From Batkoa obscura (taxonomy: Eukaryota), in the NCBI GenBank assembly GCA_030770535.1, contig JASVEC010000001.1, positions 1,054,001 through 1,118,000 of the forward strand: a stretch of DNA of 64,000 nt, given 5' to 3'. The notes under the pieces are model-generated. The model did no database searches. It saw only the letters and a program-made list of their open reading frames with translations, and was not told the origin of the DNA. Of this stretch, positions 48,865 through 62,723 are shown piece after piece. Position 1 is the first letter of the stretch; every line of letters begins with the position of its first letter. Position numbers and translations under genes: made by a program.

Positions 48865-50535
48865 GTAATGAATTATAAAACAAGATTACAAAATTTAACA
48901 AATAATATATTTTGTAATTAATTTTATTTACAAAGCAATTCAATCTCACTTGCTATAAAGTAACAGTCAAAGAAAAAATGTTTTATAACGTGATCTATAT
49001 GCAATTTGATATAAGAGTGAGCATCAAAAAGCTGATAGTAATGATAAAGCTACTGAACGAGTGAAACAATGAAAGCTAAAATAAATAATCGTTTCTATTC
49101 CAATTGATTTATATGTCGAAATTTTGAAATTGCTTTTTATATTTTAATTTTGTAACTAATTTCAAAGTTATCATCAATGCTATAAGATCCACAAACTCAA
49201 TGATCCTATAATGTTGATGTTTACTTTATAAATGCCATTATATGATAAACTTATCAAAGATTTATAATAAAACTGGTTAAAAGTAATTGAAATCATCCAA
49301 AAGTAAGAATTTTTTTAAAAAAAAATTTAGCTATTAATTTGAAACTAATTTCAAAGTTTATCAAATTGTATCTTTTTTGATTACAATTATTAAATATGTT
49401 AAGTAGTACCCGATACTGCTCTCATCTACAAATTTTAACTTCCAGTTCATTTTTTGATACTGGAAAAAAGGAATATTGAACATTAGTTAAAAGTTTACTA
49501 TTATCTATTAACAGCATCGAAAAGTACTAATAGTAACTTCAACCCTCAAAATTAAAGATGCCAAATAATTTAAAGTCTGCTTTTCATCCATTCAATCATT
49601 TCTTAATAAAGTAGACTGCAACTCTCTTCTGAGTTTAATAATAGTTGAATCTATTCCAGTGTTGTTGTTAACACAACTAAACCACTCCATTATCTCAGTT
49701 GTTTTCATATGAAACTTTCCGATTAAGCAACTTTTATAAACTTTAACGTTTGAATTTAACAACCAATTATTGCTTCACTTTGAAATGGAATGACAAGATT
49801 GAATTTTTTCCAAATTCGATTCTATAATCCAGCTGAGATAAGTGATATATGCTTATTGTTGCAATGATGAGAGTATATAGGTATTAAGAAATCAGATTAA
49901 GATGATTGAGTGTAGTCAGTTAGGGCAAAATAGATGTTCTATTTGAATGATAGCTGTAGAAGAAAGATATGTTTATTTTGTAAAAATATACAAGGTTATT
50001 CCTTCAAATAATATAGCCTTAGTAAGCTTATGGTATATGAAGAGATGAAAGTGAGAGACTATGGCTTAATACTGATCATTTTTTAATAAAAGATAATAGC
50101 TTGGAGCATCCTTATTTTAGATATGTAGGATAATACGTTTATAGAAAGAACTATGGAGTAATTTTCAATTAAACATTTTGAAATGGAACTTAAAATGATG
50201 ACATTTAATATTGTGTTCTATCGGAAAAGAACCTTATTAAACTAATTTTTAAAAACAAAATAAATACACAATATAAAAATAGTTGAAAAACAGCTAATTT
50301 ATTATTATATTGTTACCTTATTAAAATACTCCGTTGTTTTTGAATTTTAGCTAAAAATTAAGGAGCATAAAAAATGTCATCATAAAAAAGATGGACAAAT
50401 TAAATAAAATTCATAGTTAAGAGCTTCAATTTAGCCATAAAATTAATTAACAATTTCAATATTTTTTATATTTTGTATTCTATTTTTAAAAAAAGACAAT
50501 AAATAAATAAGATTATACAGCTATAAACAACAAAT

Positions 50536-53408
50536 ATGGTTTCATTTCAAGAAATATTTCGAGAGAGTAAGTCAATATCAATTAAAAATCAATCTTAATA
50601 CCCTTATTAACAACTTTTCAACTTATAGAATTCCTAACCAATGTGCGTTCCGTTAGTCAAGATGGTGAATGGAAAGTGGTAATCATGGACACTATGAGCT
50701 ATAAAATCTACAGCATAGTATGTGAGGACAGTGACTTATTAAATTTGAATGTCAAAGCAATAGAAATGATCCATACCCCGAGACCAAAAAGTCAAAATGA
50801 TGTAGCTGTTTATTTTATTTTACCAACGAAACAAAATATTGATTATCTATTATCGGACTTTCAAGATAGTCGAAACAGAAGGTATAAAGAAGCTCATTTG
50901 TTTTTTTTAGCTCCTGTGAAGCAGAGCGAATTTAAAAGATTATCTTCTAATGTCAGTAAATATTGGAAATCTTTAAAGGAATTGTATATTGATTATATGC
51001 GTAAGTTTTTAAATTAATTATTATTTCATTGATGAAAGTTATTAATTAATATTTTTTGATTTATTTAGCTTTTGAATCGAAGACTTTCTCTTTGAATATG
51101 GAAGATAGTTTTTATTGTTTATATGCAGGAAATAAAACATTATTTGACTCGGAAATATCAAAAATAAGTAAAAAGGTAACTAAATAAAAAATTGTAACAT
51201 AGCACATAATATATAGTTAATATTTTAATTTTAGCTCCTTTCTATTGTCCTGACCTTGGAAGAAATCCCCATTATCCGTTATCAATCCATGGTTGAAGGC
51301 AGTTTAAATGTGGCCCAAAGCTTAGCTACCAATTTTCAACAATGTATTGATAACTATTTATTAGAAAATCCAGAATTAGCAGCCACAACAATGGAAAATA
51401 ATAATAATAATCAACAGAGACCAATTTGGTTATTTTTAGATAGATCAACAGATTTATTAGCTCCTATTATGCATTCTATTACATATCAAGCTTTAGTTAA
51501 TGACTTTTTACCACTTAAAGATGGAAGAGTACATGAGTAAGTAATTATTATAACAACCTTACAATTAATTATTAATTTATAAATTAAATTAGACATACAT
51601 TTATCAATGGACATGGGGAAGAGAAGAAAGAAGAAGTCATATTAAGTGATAGTGATAATTTATGGAATGAATTAAAGCACCATCATATAGCAGATGTTAG
51701 TGATTATCTATTGAAAAGATTAAAAGAATTAAGTAATAATAATGCTGCTGCTGCTAATTTAATGGGAAGAAATAGTGAATCAAGTGAAAGTAAATTACCC
51801 ACTGTCAAAGAAATGAGAGATATTGTATCAGCTGTACCAGAATTACAAATGTTAGCCAAACAATATTCAGTTCATATTAATTTAGCTAATAAATGTTTGG
51901 ATATAATATCAAATGGATTAGTTGAAAAATGTATATTAGCAGAACAAGATTTAGCTATGAATATTGATAGTGAAGGTAATAGAATTACTAATCCATTAGC
52001 TATAATTGCTCCATTATTGAACTCATTACAAGTACCTATTAGAGCTAAATTAAGATTAATTATTTGTTATTTATTATATTTTGATCGACATTCAACAAAC
52101 GATTATTTACCTTCAGAATCAAATTTAAGAAAATTAATTAATCATGCTGGTTTAAGCGATTATGATCGAATGGCAGTAACTAATATTACTCATCTATTAA
52201 ACAATAAGCCATTAAAAGTACCCAAAGCAACAACTAGTTATATATATTCTTTATTTTGGAATAATAAATCAGGGAATGAAAAAGAAGAAAAAGGAGAAGA
52301 AGAAGAAGAAGAAGAAGAAGAATTATATGCATTAAGTCGATATAAATGCGAGATTAGCAAAGTATTGACATTAGCTTGTAAAAAGAGATTGAATCCTATG
52401 GAGTTCCCATTTACTAATGAAGAAGATAAACTGGAATTAATTAATCAATTGAGTGCTAAAAAAGGATTAAGAGTGTCTCAACCTAAATGGCAAAAGAAAA
52501 AAAAGAGAACGCAAAGTAAATCAAATACATTAAATAATGCAATAAGTAATGGAATACAAAATAATACAAATTCAATAACAAAAGATAAATCAATAACATT
52601 TGGTATGGACACTTTTGAAGAAGATGCTTTATCAATTTATAATAACAATAATGGAAAAATTATAATATTTATGGCAGGTGGCATAACATATACTGAAATT
52701 AAAGAAGCCTATGATATTAGTAAAAAATATAAACAAGAAATATTAATTGGGTCTACACATATCTTAACACCAACTTTATATTTAAATCAATTAAAAAATA
52801 TGTTATCTTTTGATTTTAATACAATTGAAATTGAATTACCAGATGAACAATCAGATACAATATTACCAAGTCCAAGTCCAAGTCCGCAAAAGGATAATAA
52901 CATTATTATTAATAGAAATATACCTCAAATGCCATCAAGTACTCCACCAGTTACTCCACCAAAGACAGGTACTAATGAACCTATTACAATTACAAGCAAT
53001 TTAAATGATGTAGCTGGACCATCATCTCAATATACAATAAATACACCCAATCAACCAAATATGCCACCAATATTACCAAAGAGACCATCATCACAATATA
53101 GCATGAGTAGTATGAATAGTAGTATGAATAATAGTATGAATAATAGTATGAATAATAGTATGAATAATAGTATGAATAATAATAGCAATGGTAATAATAG
53201 CAATGGTAATAATAATTCAAGACCACAGTCACAATATACAATAAATACACCCAATCAACCTAATATGCCACCAATATTACCATCAAGACCACAATCACAA
53301 TTAAGTAATAAAGAAGAACCGATTACACCATCGAGAACATCTTCTAATAGTAGTAATAATAGTCAATCAATTAATTATTTGCCATCAACTCCATCAAGGT
53401 ATTCAATG

Positions 53409-53442
<34 letters not shown>

Positions 53443-53484
53443 CAAGAAGTATATTGCAAGAGAACATAAAGAGTAATGAAGAGG

Positions 53485-53517
<33 letters not shown>

Positions 53518-53901
53518 TATCATTACCAGCAAGTATAACAATGCCAATACCCTTACCTAATCATCGTAGTAATAGTTCTTTGAATAAATTAAAACCTAAA
53601 TCGAATTACAATAATAATAGTAATCAACCATCTATATCAGTAGAACATTTATTAGATCAAAATAATAACAATAATACTAAACAAAAGAATCAATTACGTT
53701 CTATTTCTTCACAAGAAATTAAAAAGAATTCAATTAATCCATTAAGACAATCTTCAATGGATATGTCAAGAGGTTATTCTGCTCCTGGGGACACTTTAAA
53801 TAATTTAAATAATAATAATTCATATTTAAATAAAAAAGAATTACGTAAGAGTAATCCTATATTATCTCCATTAATGATGGGTGGAGTTCCTTTAATGATG
53901 T

Positions 53902-53941
<40 letters not shown>

Positions 53942-54134
53942 AACTGATGGATTTAATCCAATGATGATGCCAGATCCAAGTCAATTTCAAGCTATTTCAC
54001 CAATATCAGCAACAGGGGGTTCCTTTGATAGGGAAGAGAAAGGAGAAGATAAAAAAGGAGATAAAAAAGATTCATTACGACGAGATTCTACATTAAGACG
54101 TAAAGGTGGGGTTCGAAAATCAACTATGAAATAA
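50536..54134 (+). CDS. SEC1: Sec1/Munc18 (SM) protein with a long Asn/Pro/Ser-rich C-terminal extension; four introns
   Basis: WKVVIMD, AVYFILPT, LDRSTDLLAPIMHSITYQAL, EQDLA, LSRY, IIIFMAGGITYTE, IGSTHILTP. Introns ~50567-50628, 51002-51068, 51176-51234 and 51538-51592. Confidence 0.93.
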
Positions 54135-54170
54135 AATTAAATTTCTGTATATTGTATATATTAATTTAAT

Positions 54171-56603
54171 TTAAATTAAATTTTGTAATTGATAATTAAA
54201 TTGATCAAAATTACACATATTACTAGTACCACATAATAATAATATATTATTATTAATAGCTAATTTAGATAATAATTGATATTCTACAAAGGTGAAATTG
54301 GATGTTAAAAATAAAATTATCATATCATGATAATTAATTAAATTATTTTCATTTTGAGTTGAATAAAATTGATATTTAGAAGAATATTTGGCCCCAATTG
54401 TTACTCTTAAATCTCTTAATTGATGTAATTTATGTTGAATTAATGTTTGTTTTTTTCCATAGGTAAATAACGGTTTATATACTTTTAATGTTTTATTTTT
54501 TATATTCGTTTTATTGTCTTCTCCATAGATGGGATAATTCATTAAATTTAATTTATTTGTCATTAAATTTAAAAATAATTGAGTGATTTTATAGTTGGAG
54601 AAACTAGAAGTTGTGGAAGTTTTGGTGGAAGTTAAGACAGTAGTTGTAGTATTAAATAACAAATTTAAATTAATTTCCGTTGGTATATTTTCTTTAAGCC
54701 ATTGTTCAATTAATAAAAAATATTCTTGTAACAGAGTGTTATTATTATTATCCTTAATTTCATCTTTATTATTAGTTGTAGTTGTGTTTGTATTTGTATT
54801 TGTAGTTGTAGTTGTATTTGTAGTTGTAGCTGTATTTGTAGTTGTAATGTCATTATTACTAATATTATTACTTATTAATAAATTATAGAAATTATTTAAT
54901 ATACAAAATTGTTTTTCATTTAATGGAAAGAAATGAAATAAATGATTAAAATTATTAAAAGTTAAAAAAGTATTTAAATCCATTATATTATTATTATTGT
55001 TCTCTTGATTATTACTATTTTTAAAATGATTTAAATATAAATAATAAACTAATATTAAAAATAATCGAAATTTAAATTGACTATTAATCTTAGAATTACA
55101 AAAATATAACAATAAAGAATCTAAATCCAAAGATTTTTCTTTAAATAATTTTTTTTGTAATTTAATAAATTCATCTAATTTAATACTATTTTTCCATTTA
55201 ATACTATTTTTTAGTAATTTAATATTAAATTCTAAGCTTTCTTTTTCTAGTTTAAATTCATTTATATTAATTATTAATTTTTTCATATTTTCAATAGGTA
55301 ATTGATTGTTTTTAGTAGTTAATTGATTTTGTTGTAATTTTAGTTGATATGATTTCTTTTTTTTACTTAAATAAGTTTCTACTTGTGCTAATTTCATATC
55401 TTTTAATTTATTAATCATTAATTCGGTATGATTTAAATAAATACTTTGGTCTTCTTCACTAAAACATAAATAAAAAATTAAACATATAAATTATATTTTA
55501 CAACAATAATAAATAATTTCTTACTTTTTATAAACATTCTCTTTTACCTTTTCACTTTCATGTAAAATACTTTGATAATTTCCATCCGTTAATAATAGTG
55601 GAAATACATCCATCAATCGATCCAATATCAATAATTTTGGTCTTGGAAAATGAAACAAAGAAGTATTACCATTGACTCCTTTATTGGGATTCATTATAGG
55701 TGGAAATTCTGGGTTTTCAATAATATAATTATCTAACTCATATCGCAATTTTTTACTGATTTCTTTTGTTATTGAGTTCTTAGTTTTGGAATATTGAATA
55801 ATAGGGTTATGGCCTAAAGTTATACAAAGAGAATATAACTTATAAAGGGAGAAAGTTAGTATTTGAGTGAATTATATTATTAAATAAAGTTTACTTTATT
55901 ACTAATATCATTAACAAAGGACAATTTTTTATCTATATATTCTTTTTTTTGACTATAGTTAATTAAAAAACTATCTTTTAAATTAAAACTAAATAAATTG
56001 GGCTCAAGGGCTATAATAAATAATAAATAATAATAAATAATAATAATAATGATAATATATAAAACTCACGATAATAATCTATATTTAATTCCTTTAAACT
56101 TAACCAATATTTGTCTGCTCTTTTTGCTAATTGAGAAAATCTTATAGGTGGTATAACTAAATAAAAAAGATCGTTTAATAAACTAAATAAAATAATTCAA
56201 ATAAAAGTTACTTACCCCCTAAAAAAAACAAATGTGCTTTTCTAAATACGCTTTCATTGTTCATTGGAAATTGTTCAAATAACATATTAAAACTTTTATC
56301 TATTGAAAATAAAAAATAAATTCCAATAAACCCCTTATTATTTTCAATTGTTTCTTGACAATTTGTATGTAAGTCTATTAAACTAATATCTACTATATTA
56401 TAATCTAATAACGCTTCCGATGGTAGTACTCTTAAATATAAAGAATAACTTTCATCATCCATAATAACTCGCTTTAGCTTATGACCGTAAGTGCTAGCCT
56501 CTTGAACACTGGATAAGAATTCTACATTATTTAATTAGTTGATTGTTGTATTAATAAAATAATTATACTCACTTTTTCTTATAATCTCACTTAAACTGGC
56601 CAT
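54171..56603 (-). CDS. Divergent Sec1-like paralog lacking the C-terminal extension
   Basis: The first exon is 31 nt, as in SEC1 (MASLSEIIRK|KFL vs MVSFQEIFRE|KFL). Shared RVIMD, AHLFFL, YWLSLKEL, ENPE and LILDR motifs; IILFLTSNFTFVE replaces IIIFMAGGITYTE. Confidence 0.8.
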
Positions 56604-56960
56604 TTATAAACAAACTTTGATTCCAATCCTTACAAAGAATTAAAAATCAATAAATAATTATTTTTTTAAAAAGTAATTTTGAGTTTTTTTTTCAAAATAT
56701 TAAATTTATTGTTGTTCTATTAACACTTTCCATTTATAGTAAGAACCATTCATTTGCTATCAACTAATTAAGTGATCATGTTCTTTTTGTTCTAAATTCT
56801 TATGTTTATTATGTAAAAATTAGAATATTAGAAAATAAAAATATACATGATTAAACAAGATACAACTATAAATACTGTTAAATAAAATTTAGACTATAAA
56901 TAAAAAAATCAATATCATATACTATAATAACTCTTTAATATCTCATCAAACTATCTTACT

Positions 56961-57618
<658 letters not shown>

Positions 57619-58278
57619 TTATTATTATCTAAAATAATGAAAAGTGGTGATGAGGATTGCTTTTTTGATTAAAGGAGTTTTGAAAAAAAAGAGCAGCTTG
57701 AAGCGTTTTATTGGCTAATGGTGGGACTAGTTTAACTAATTTGGATGTTGAGCGGAGATTCATAATGAAAGTTAATTCCCAACGATTGGACCAATGGGGA
57801 AATTTAAAACTTTGTTCATTTTGGTTAGAATGAGAGATAACAAAATGATTGATAGTATTGTTATAAGTTATTGATAAACTATGATAAGTTTAAATTTCAA
57901 TTTTATTGAACTTTTTTATTATGAAACTAATAATATTTCAAATGTTAAAATAATTGAATGATAGAAATAATAATATCAAACAATACATAAATTAGTTCTC
58001 TCTTCCAATTTTAAAGCTTTCTAATATTTTAACTAAATATCAATTTTTATATCCAGTTCTCGCTCCTTAGTCATTGGAGTTTTTTTATAACTTTATGTGA
58101 GTACTTTATTAAATTTACTAAACTAAATAACAACGAAATAAATCCTTATATTAAACTTAAGTTAAATTGAAATCACTGATAAAATCGATAATAGTTTTGA
58201 AAGCTATTAACTTTTAACAAGCGAGATTCAATTTTAATAATATCATTTATAGTTTAACAACTTACCTGGGATCATTGT

Positions 58279-59679
58279 ACTTATCATAAATTTTTATTGA
58301 TTATATCAGGATTTAATAGATGTAGTTTACACTTAAATAGTATGGTATAGAAATCCTCGAAACTACTTTATTAACGCTTAGAGTCAATGAAATAGAGGAT
58401 TTCCTGCGTAGAAAGCTACTTCACAAGTATTTGTCGCCATTTATAAACATCTTTGTATAAGATTTATACATTCATACATTTCGTTCGAATATATTCTTGA
58501 AAATCGAGATGCTTTATATGAATAAGTTAGACCTTCAAATTTTTTTTAAAATACTTTATTGTTGTATCTTTATGGAAACATGTAATATAATATAAAGTAT
58601 TATATTTAGTATAGCTATAATCATAAAAATATTGCATGTCTAGTTAAAATATAAGTATGACAAAATTCAATTTAGAAGCAGGAGATTTTTAAGTCCTATT
58701 TGATATTGTTTCTAAAAAACATAGCAGTAAAGCATTTATTACAACAACAAACTTGACTTAATAAATGTAAGTAGACAAAATAAGCATCACCAAGAAAGAA
58801 TGTATAAAAGGTAATAATTATATAAATCAGATTAGTATATGACATTATAAAAAAATAAAAAAACTTATTTTAATATTAACGAACCAAATAAAATCAAATA
58901 ATCAAAAAGAATTACTAATATTTAAAGACAAAGATTTAAGTTTTATTAAATTCGTAAAAGGAGTCTCAATCCATTTAGAGTCCAAAAAACTAATACACCT
59001 AAAGCTCACTAGATACTTCTACTAAACCTTCAAAAAAGAGTGCCAAACTACAATCATCAAATCTACACAACCATTATCCAATATCTTGCTTTTGCACTCC
59101 TTATGTAATGTCCATGATACTAAATCAGACGCGTGCGATACAATTATATAGGTCGTTTGTTATATTTTAGTATATTGTTTGTTTGAATATTTTAGAAAGT
59201 GTTTGGAAAAAAATTAACATTTCTTATTTATCGTTTTTTATGCTTATTGATATTGATATTGATATTGATATTGATATTGATATTGATATTGATATTGATA
59301 TTGATATTGATATTGATATTGATATTGATATTGATATTGATATTGATATTGATATTGATATTGATATTGATGTTGATGTTGATTTAGAAACAAATAATTA
59401 GCTAAAGTTCAAAAAAGGTCTAAATTTTAATAAAAATAAAAGTCAGCATATTACTAGTTTTGATTATAATAAAAATTTCTGCCCATCAGTAGAGATTTAT
59501 TAAAATGACATTAAAATTTTTTGCGACCGCTTTTACATAATCTAACAACACATATCTAAGACAATGTTTATTATATCAAGCAAAAACTATTATTGAAGAC
59601 CTTCATTAAATAGAGAACAGAACTTTATTTCATGTCTTTTAAATAAACTATTTGATTTAGAATTTTAAGCAAAGCATTA
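58279..59679. repeat. Right arm of the near-identical inverted repeat; contains (TATTGA)21 at 59245-59370
   Basis: The 48-bp length difference from the left arm equals 8 hexamer units. Confidence 0.95.
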
Positions 59680-60388
59680 ACTAAATATATTAAACTTTTT
59701 ATTGGGATTCAATATTTTTCACATATTTACTATCCACTCTATAAAGTTTAAAGTATCAGTATATAACATTTCAAGATGAAAAATGAATGAGTACAATATA
59801 TTTTAACGTTTAACATTTTAATTTTAATTACCAATGTTGATATAAATTATTAACGTTACAAGATTAGTTGATATTGATATATTTAATAACTCAATAGGGT
59901 ATGAATTTTTTATTTAGTAAAAATACATTGTTTGTTAAATTTGCATTCAAGTTGTTCAAAATATTTATTGATTTGTATATTGAAGGATGTAGATTTGTTA
60001 CTACAAATTAAGACATTAAATACTGACTTTAATACTTTAATTGATTTAGGGTACCTTATTTACTTAACTATACCATTTCACAGTATTAGAAATTAAATAC
60101 AATACAGTTATTCAAGTAGACTGTGGATCTTAAATCCACCATTTAAGTAGCTAAAGGAAACAACAGTCATATGTAAGTTTTCTCAATACTTTGGAATTTT
60201 AATAATACTATGATTTTATCTAAAATTTTAAAATTAACAGGTAAAGTGAGATATAATGATGCTATAAATTCCTTAGACAACATTTAAAAACTAAAAAGAT
60301 CCACGAAAACTGTGATTATGTTTATAGTAATACAGCTCAATTCACACATGAAGATATCTTATTTTTTTGTTTTAATAAACCAGTATAT

Positions 60389-60482
60389 GGGTATGTCTTT
60401 TTAAATTTTAGTTATTTTTCATTTTTTAAACGCTCTTGGGAGAAAAATGATAGTAAAATTCTTTGACAAAAAAGACATTCAC
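60389..60482. mobile_element. Degenerate family A MITE
   Basis: GGGTATGTC...AGTAAAATTCTTTGACAAAAAAGACATTCAC, TSD ATAT/ATAT. Confidence 0.8.
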
Positions 60483-61704
60483 ATATAATAATATATCCTT
60501 TTTAAAATTTTATGTTCCTTGAAAAGTGAACATAATACCAAAAGAGGAAATTAGTTAATGTTTTTTACAGTTAACAAAAATAAAAATTTATTTGATAAAA
60601 ACACAATTTAATTTTAACTTTATGTAAGCTATTCATTGTACTTTACTCGTTATCATTTATTATATCATTGTTGTAACTCTATTCAAAAATGCCTAGAAAT
60701 GCTATTTGAAACAACATACTTTATTTCAATAAACCCGCCCCCGGTTTATTGATTTAAAAAGTGCCTTTGATTAAAATAATAGTAAAATAGATCTATAGGC
60801 GATAATTAAATTAGTACACTATTAGTCGAATAACATTATATATTAGCCCTTATATTTTAATTAAAATTGATACAATAACAAATTGATGTTTGAAAACAAC
60901 AGGTAAGGATATATGGGTTTATTAGCATTATTTTAATAATAAATTTTATTGCACTAGCGCCAAACATCAATAATTGATAAAATAAAAATAATCGAAACTG
61001 GAAAATGGGGGCTATTTTGGTTATTAAAAATAAGAATCAAACAATACCAATATGGATATAGATATGACTTACTGTTACTACACAACAAAATGTATCATTT
61101 TTTGTATTTTTTAAATTTGACTGTAGGTGTGAAGTAATGTTATGACCAAAGAGCCCTTTTATTTAACAAAACAAGTCCAATATATTGGTAGTTCCTTTAC
61201 CCTTTAAAATTATATGATTTCTAGTGGTTAAATTTCTAAGAATATTGATAATAAAAATAAAAATAAAAATAAAAATAAAAATAAAAATAAAAATAAAAAT
61301 TGGGATATGTTTTTAATAGAAAGAGTTAATAAATTTTAGGGGCAGTAAGCTTATAGCAGGTTAATAGAGACTTAAATGAGGGGTAATAAAAAAACATAGG
61401 GGTGAATAAATTTAATAGCCACTAACAATAGTAAATATAAGGAGTTAAATATTTCAAATTGAACAAAAATAAACATTAATAATTATATGGCTTAATATGC
61501 TAACTTAATTTAGCTTTGTGATGAAATAAAAGTGTTAAACTTTACTATTTTTTAGGACTTTTAATTCTTATTTACTTATTAGTTAACTAATGAAGTCATT
61601 TTTATTCTAATTATACGATTATAAATTAAATTTCATTTTGAATAAAAAAGTATAAATAGGCTAAATAAAAAAATAAAGTAGTTATAGTTTGATTTAAATC
61701 CTCA

Positions 61705-62070
61705 ATGCAACAATCTTTTAGAAAAGCGCTAAATAAAGTACAAAGCTTATGTCAGCGAGAGGAAGAGGAGTTTAAGCTACATATAGAAAATAAGATACAA
61801 TTTATAAGGTGTAAAAGCAGAACGATCAAATCCAAATTCAATAAAAATAGGCATAGTAGCTATGAATATTACAATGTTGATCTAAAATGCGACTGTGAAT
61901 CTGGTTTGGATTTGGAATTAAAAGAAGCTAGGGATAAAATGAGGATGGTCGCCTTTGATCATATGCTGATATACGGATTTCCAGACTCCTTGGACTCAGT
62001 GAATAAATTCCAGTCGACCATTCATATCTCATTAACACCTAAGGTGGCTACACATTTAAATAGTAATTAA
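61705..62070 (+). CDS. 121-aa unknown protein, family copy 3
   Basis: Paralog of 41736-42101; TATAAATA ~55 bp upstream. Confidence 0.8.
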   Translation: MQQSFRKALNKVQSLCQREEEEFKLHIENKIQFIRCKSRTIKSKFNKNRHSSYEYYNVDLKCDCESGLDLELKEARDKMRMVAFDHMLIYGFPDSLDSVNKFQSTIHISLTPKVATHLNSN

Positions 62071-62651
62071 TAATAAATAATGTAATTTTGTTTCACTTTT
62101 AATTTTAACTTTGATTACTATTTTACTTTTTGATCTTTTATTTACTATAAAATCTATTAACTTTGTATTTATAAAACCTATTTAATCAAATCATAATCAA
62201 TCATTTATTATAATACCAACTATTAGATTCAATAATGCTAGATGTTCAGTGTAGTGGGGTAAATGATTTAAAATCGGATCTACAAGAATTTATTTTGGTA
62301 GGTACTATCATAGATTAATCGAAGCAAGTATTTGTGAAAAACTAACGTAAAGTACCAGTACTTTTATTAAAATGTATTTATTTCTGTGCTATCTTAATAT
62401 TAGCTTTAATGATTTTTTGGTTTTATTTTTAGAATAGAGTAGCTATTCTCAAATATAATTCACTTGTCCACATAATCACGTATAAAAGTGATGTTCATTT
62501 TTTGAAGTGATTAAATGTATTTAAAAGCATAAATGCTCGATACATTATTCATAAAATGGGTGCAACTCCTTTTGCCAAAGGCTGTATAGTTTATAAAGAA
62601 TTTAAAAATAAAAGTTTATATATATTTTATAAATGCTTGAGCCAATAAAAA

Positions 62652-62723
62652 GGCTCAATGGTCTAGTGGTATGATTCACCCTTAGGGTGGGTGAGGTCCC
62701 GAGTTCAATTCTCGGTTGAGCCC
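62652..62723 (+). tRNA. tRNA-Pro (AGG), intronless
   Basis: Acceptor GGCTCAA/TTGAGCC, anticodon arm CACCC-TTAGGGT-GGGTG, T-arm CCGAG-TTCAATT-CTCGG, downstream T5 terminator. Confidence 0.97.

Noticed and set aside
49400..50200. Pseudogene-like, slightly GC-richer patches (also ~21300-21900, ~25600-25730 and ~29900-30170)
   Set aside because: No recognisable motif or sustained frame.
57629..57763. Upstream ORF MNLRSTSKLVKL.. resembling a mitochondrial presequence for the UMP kinase
   Set aside because: It ends in TAG, and in-frame TAA codons precede the kinase ATG. Joining would need two frameshifts or an unseen splice.
58658..59152. Stop-codon reassignment suggested by in-frame TAAs
   Set aside because: Well-conserved genes in the window terminate at TAA, so the standard code applies.
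59183..59401. ORFs with (DI)n and (IL)n repeats
   Set aside because: Translations of the (TATTGA)n microsatellite.
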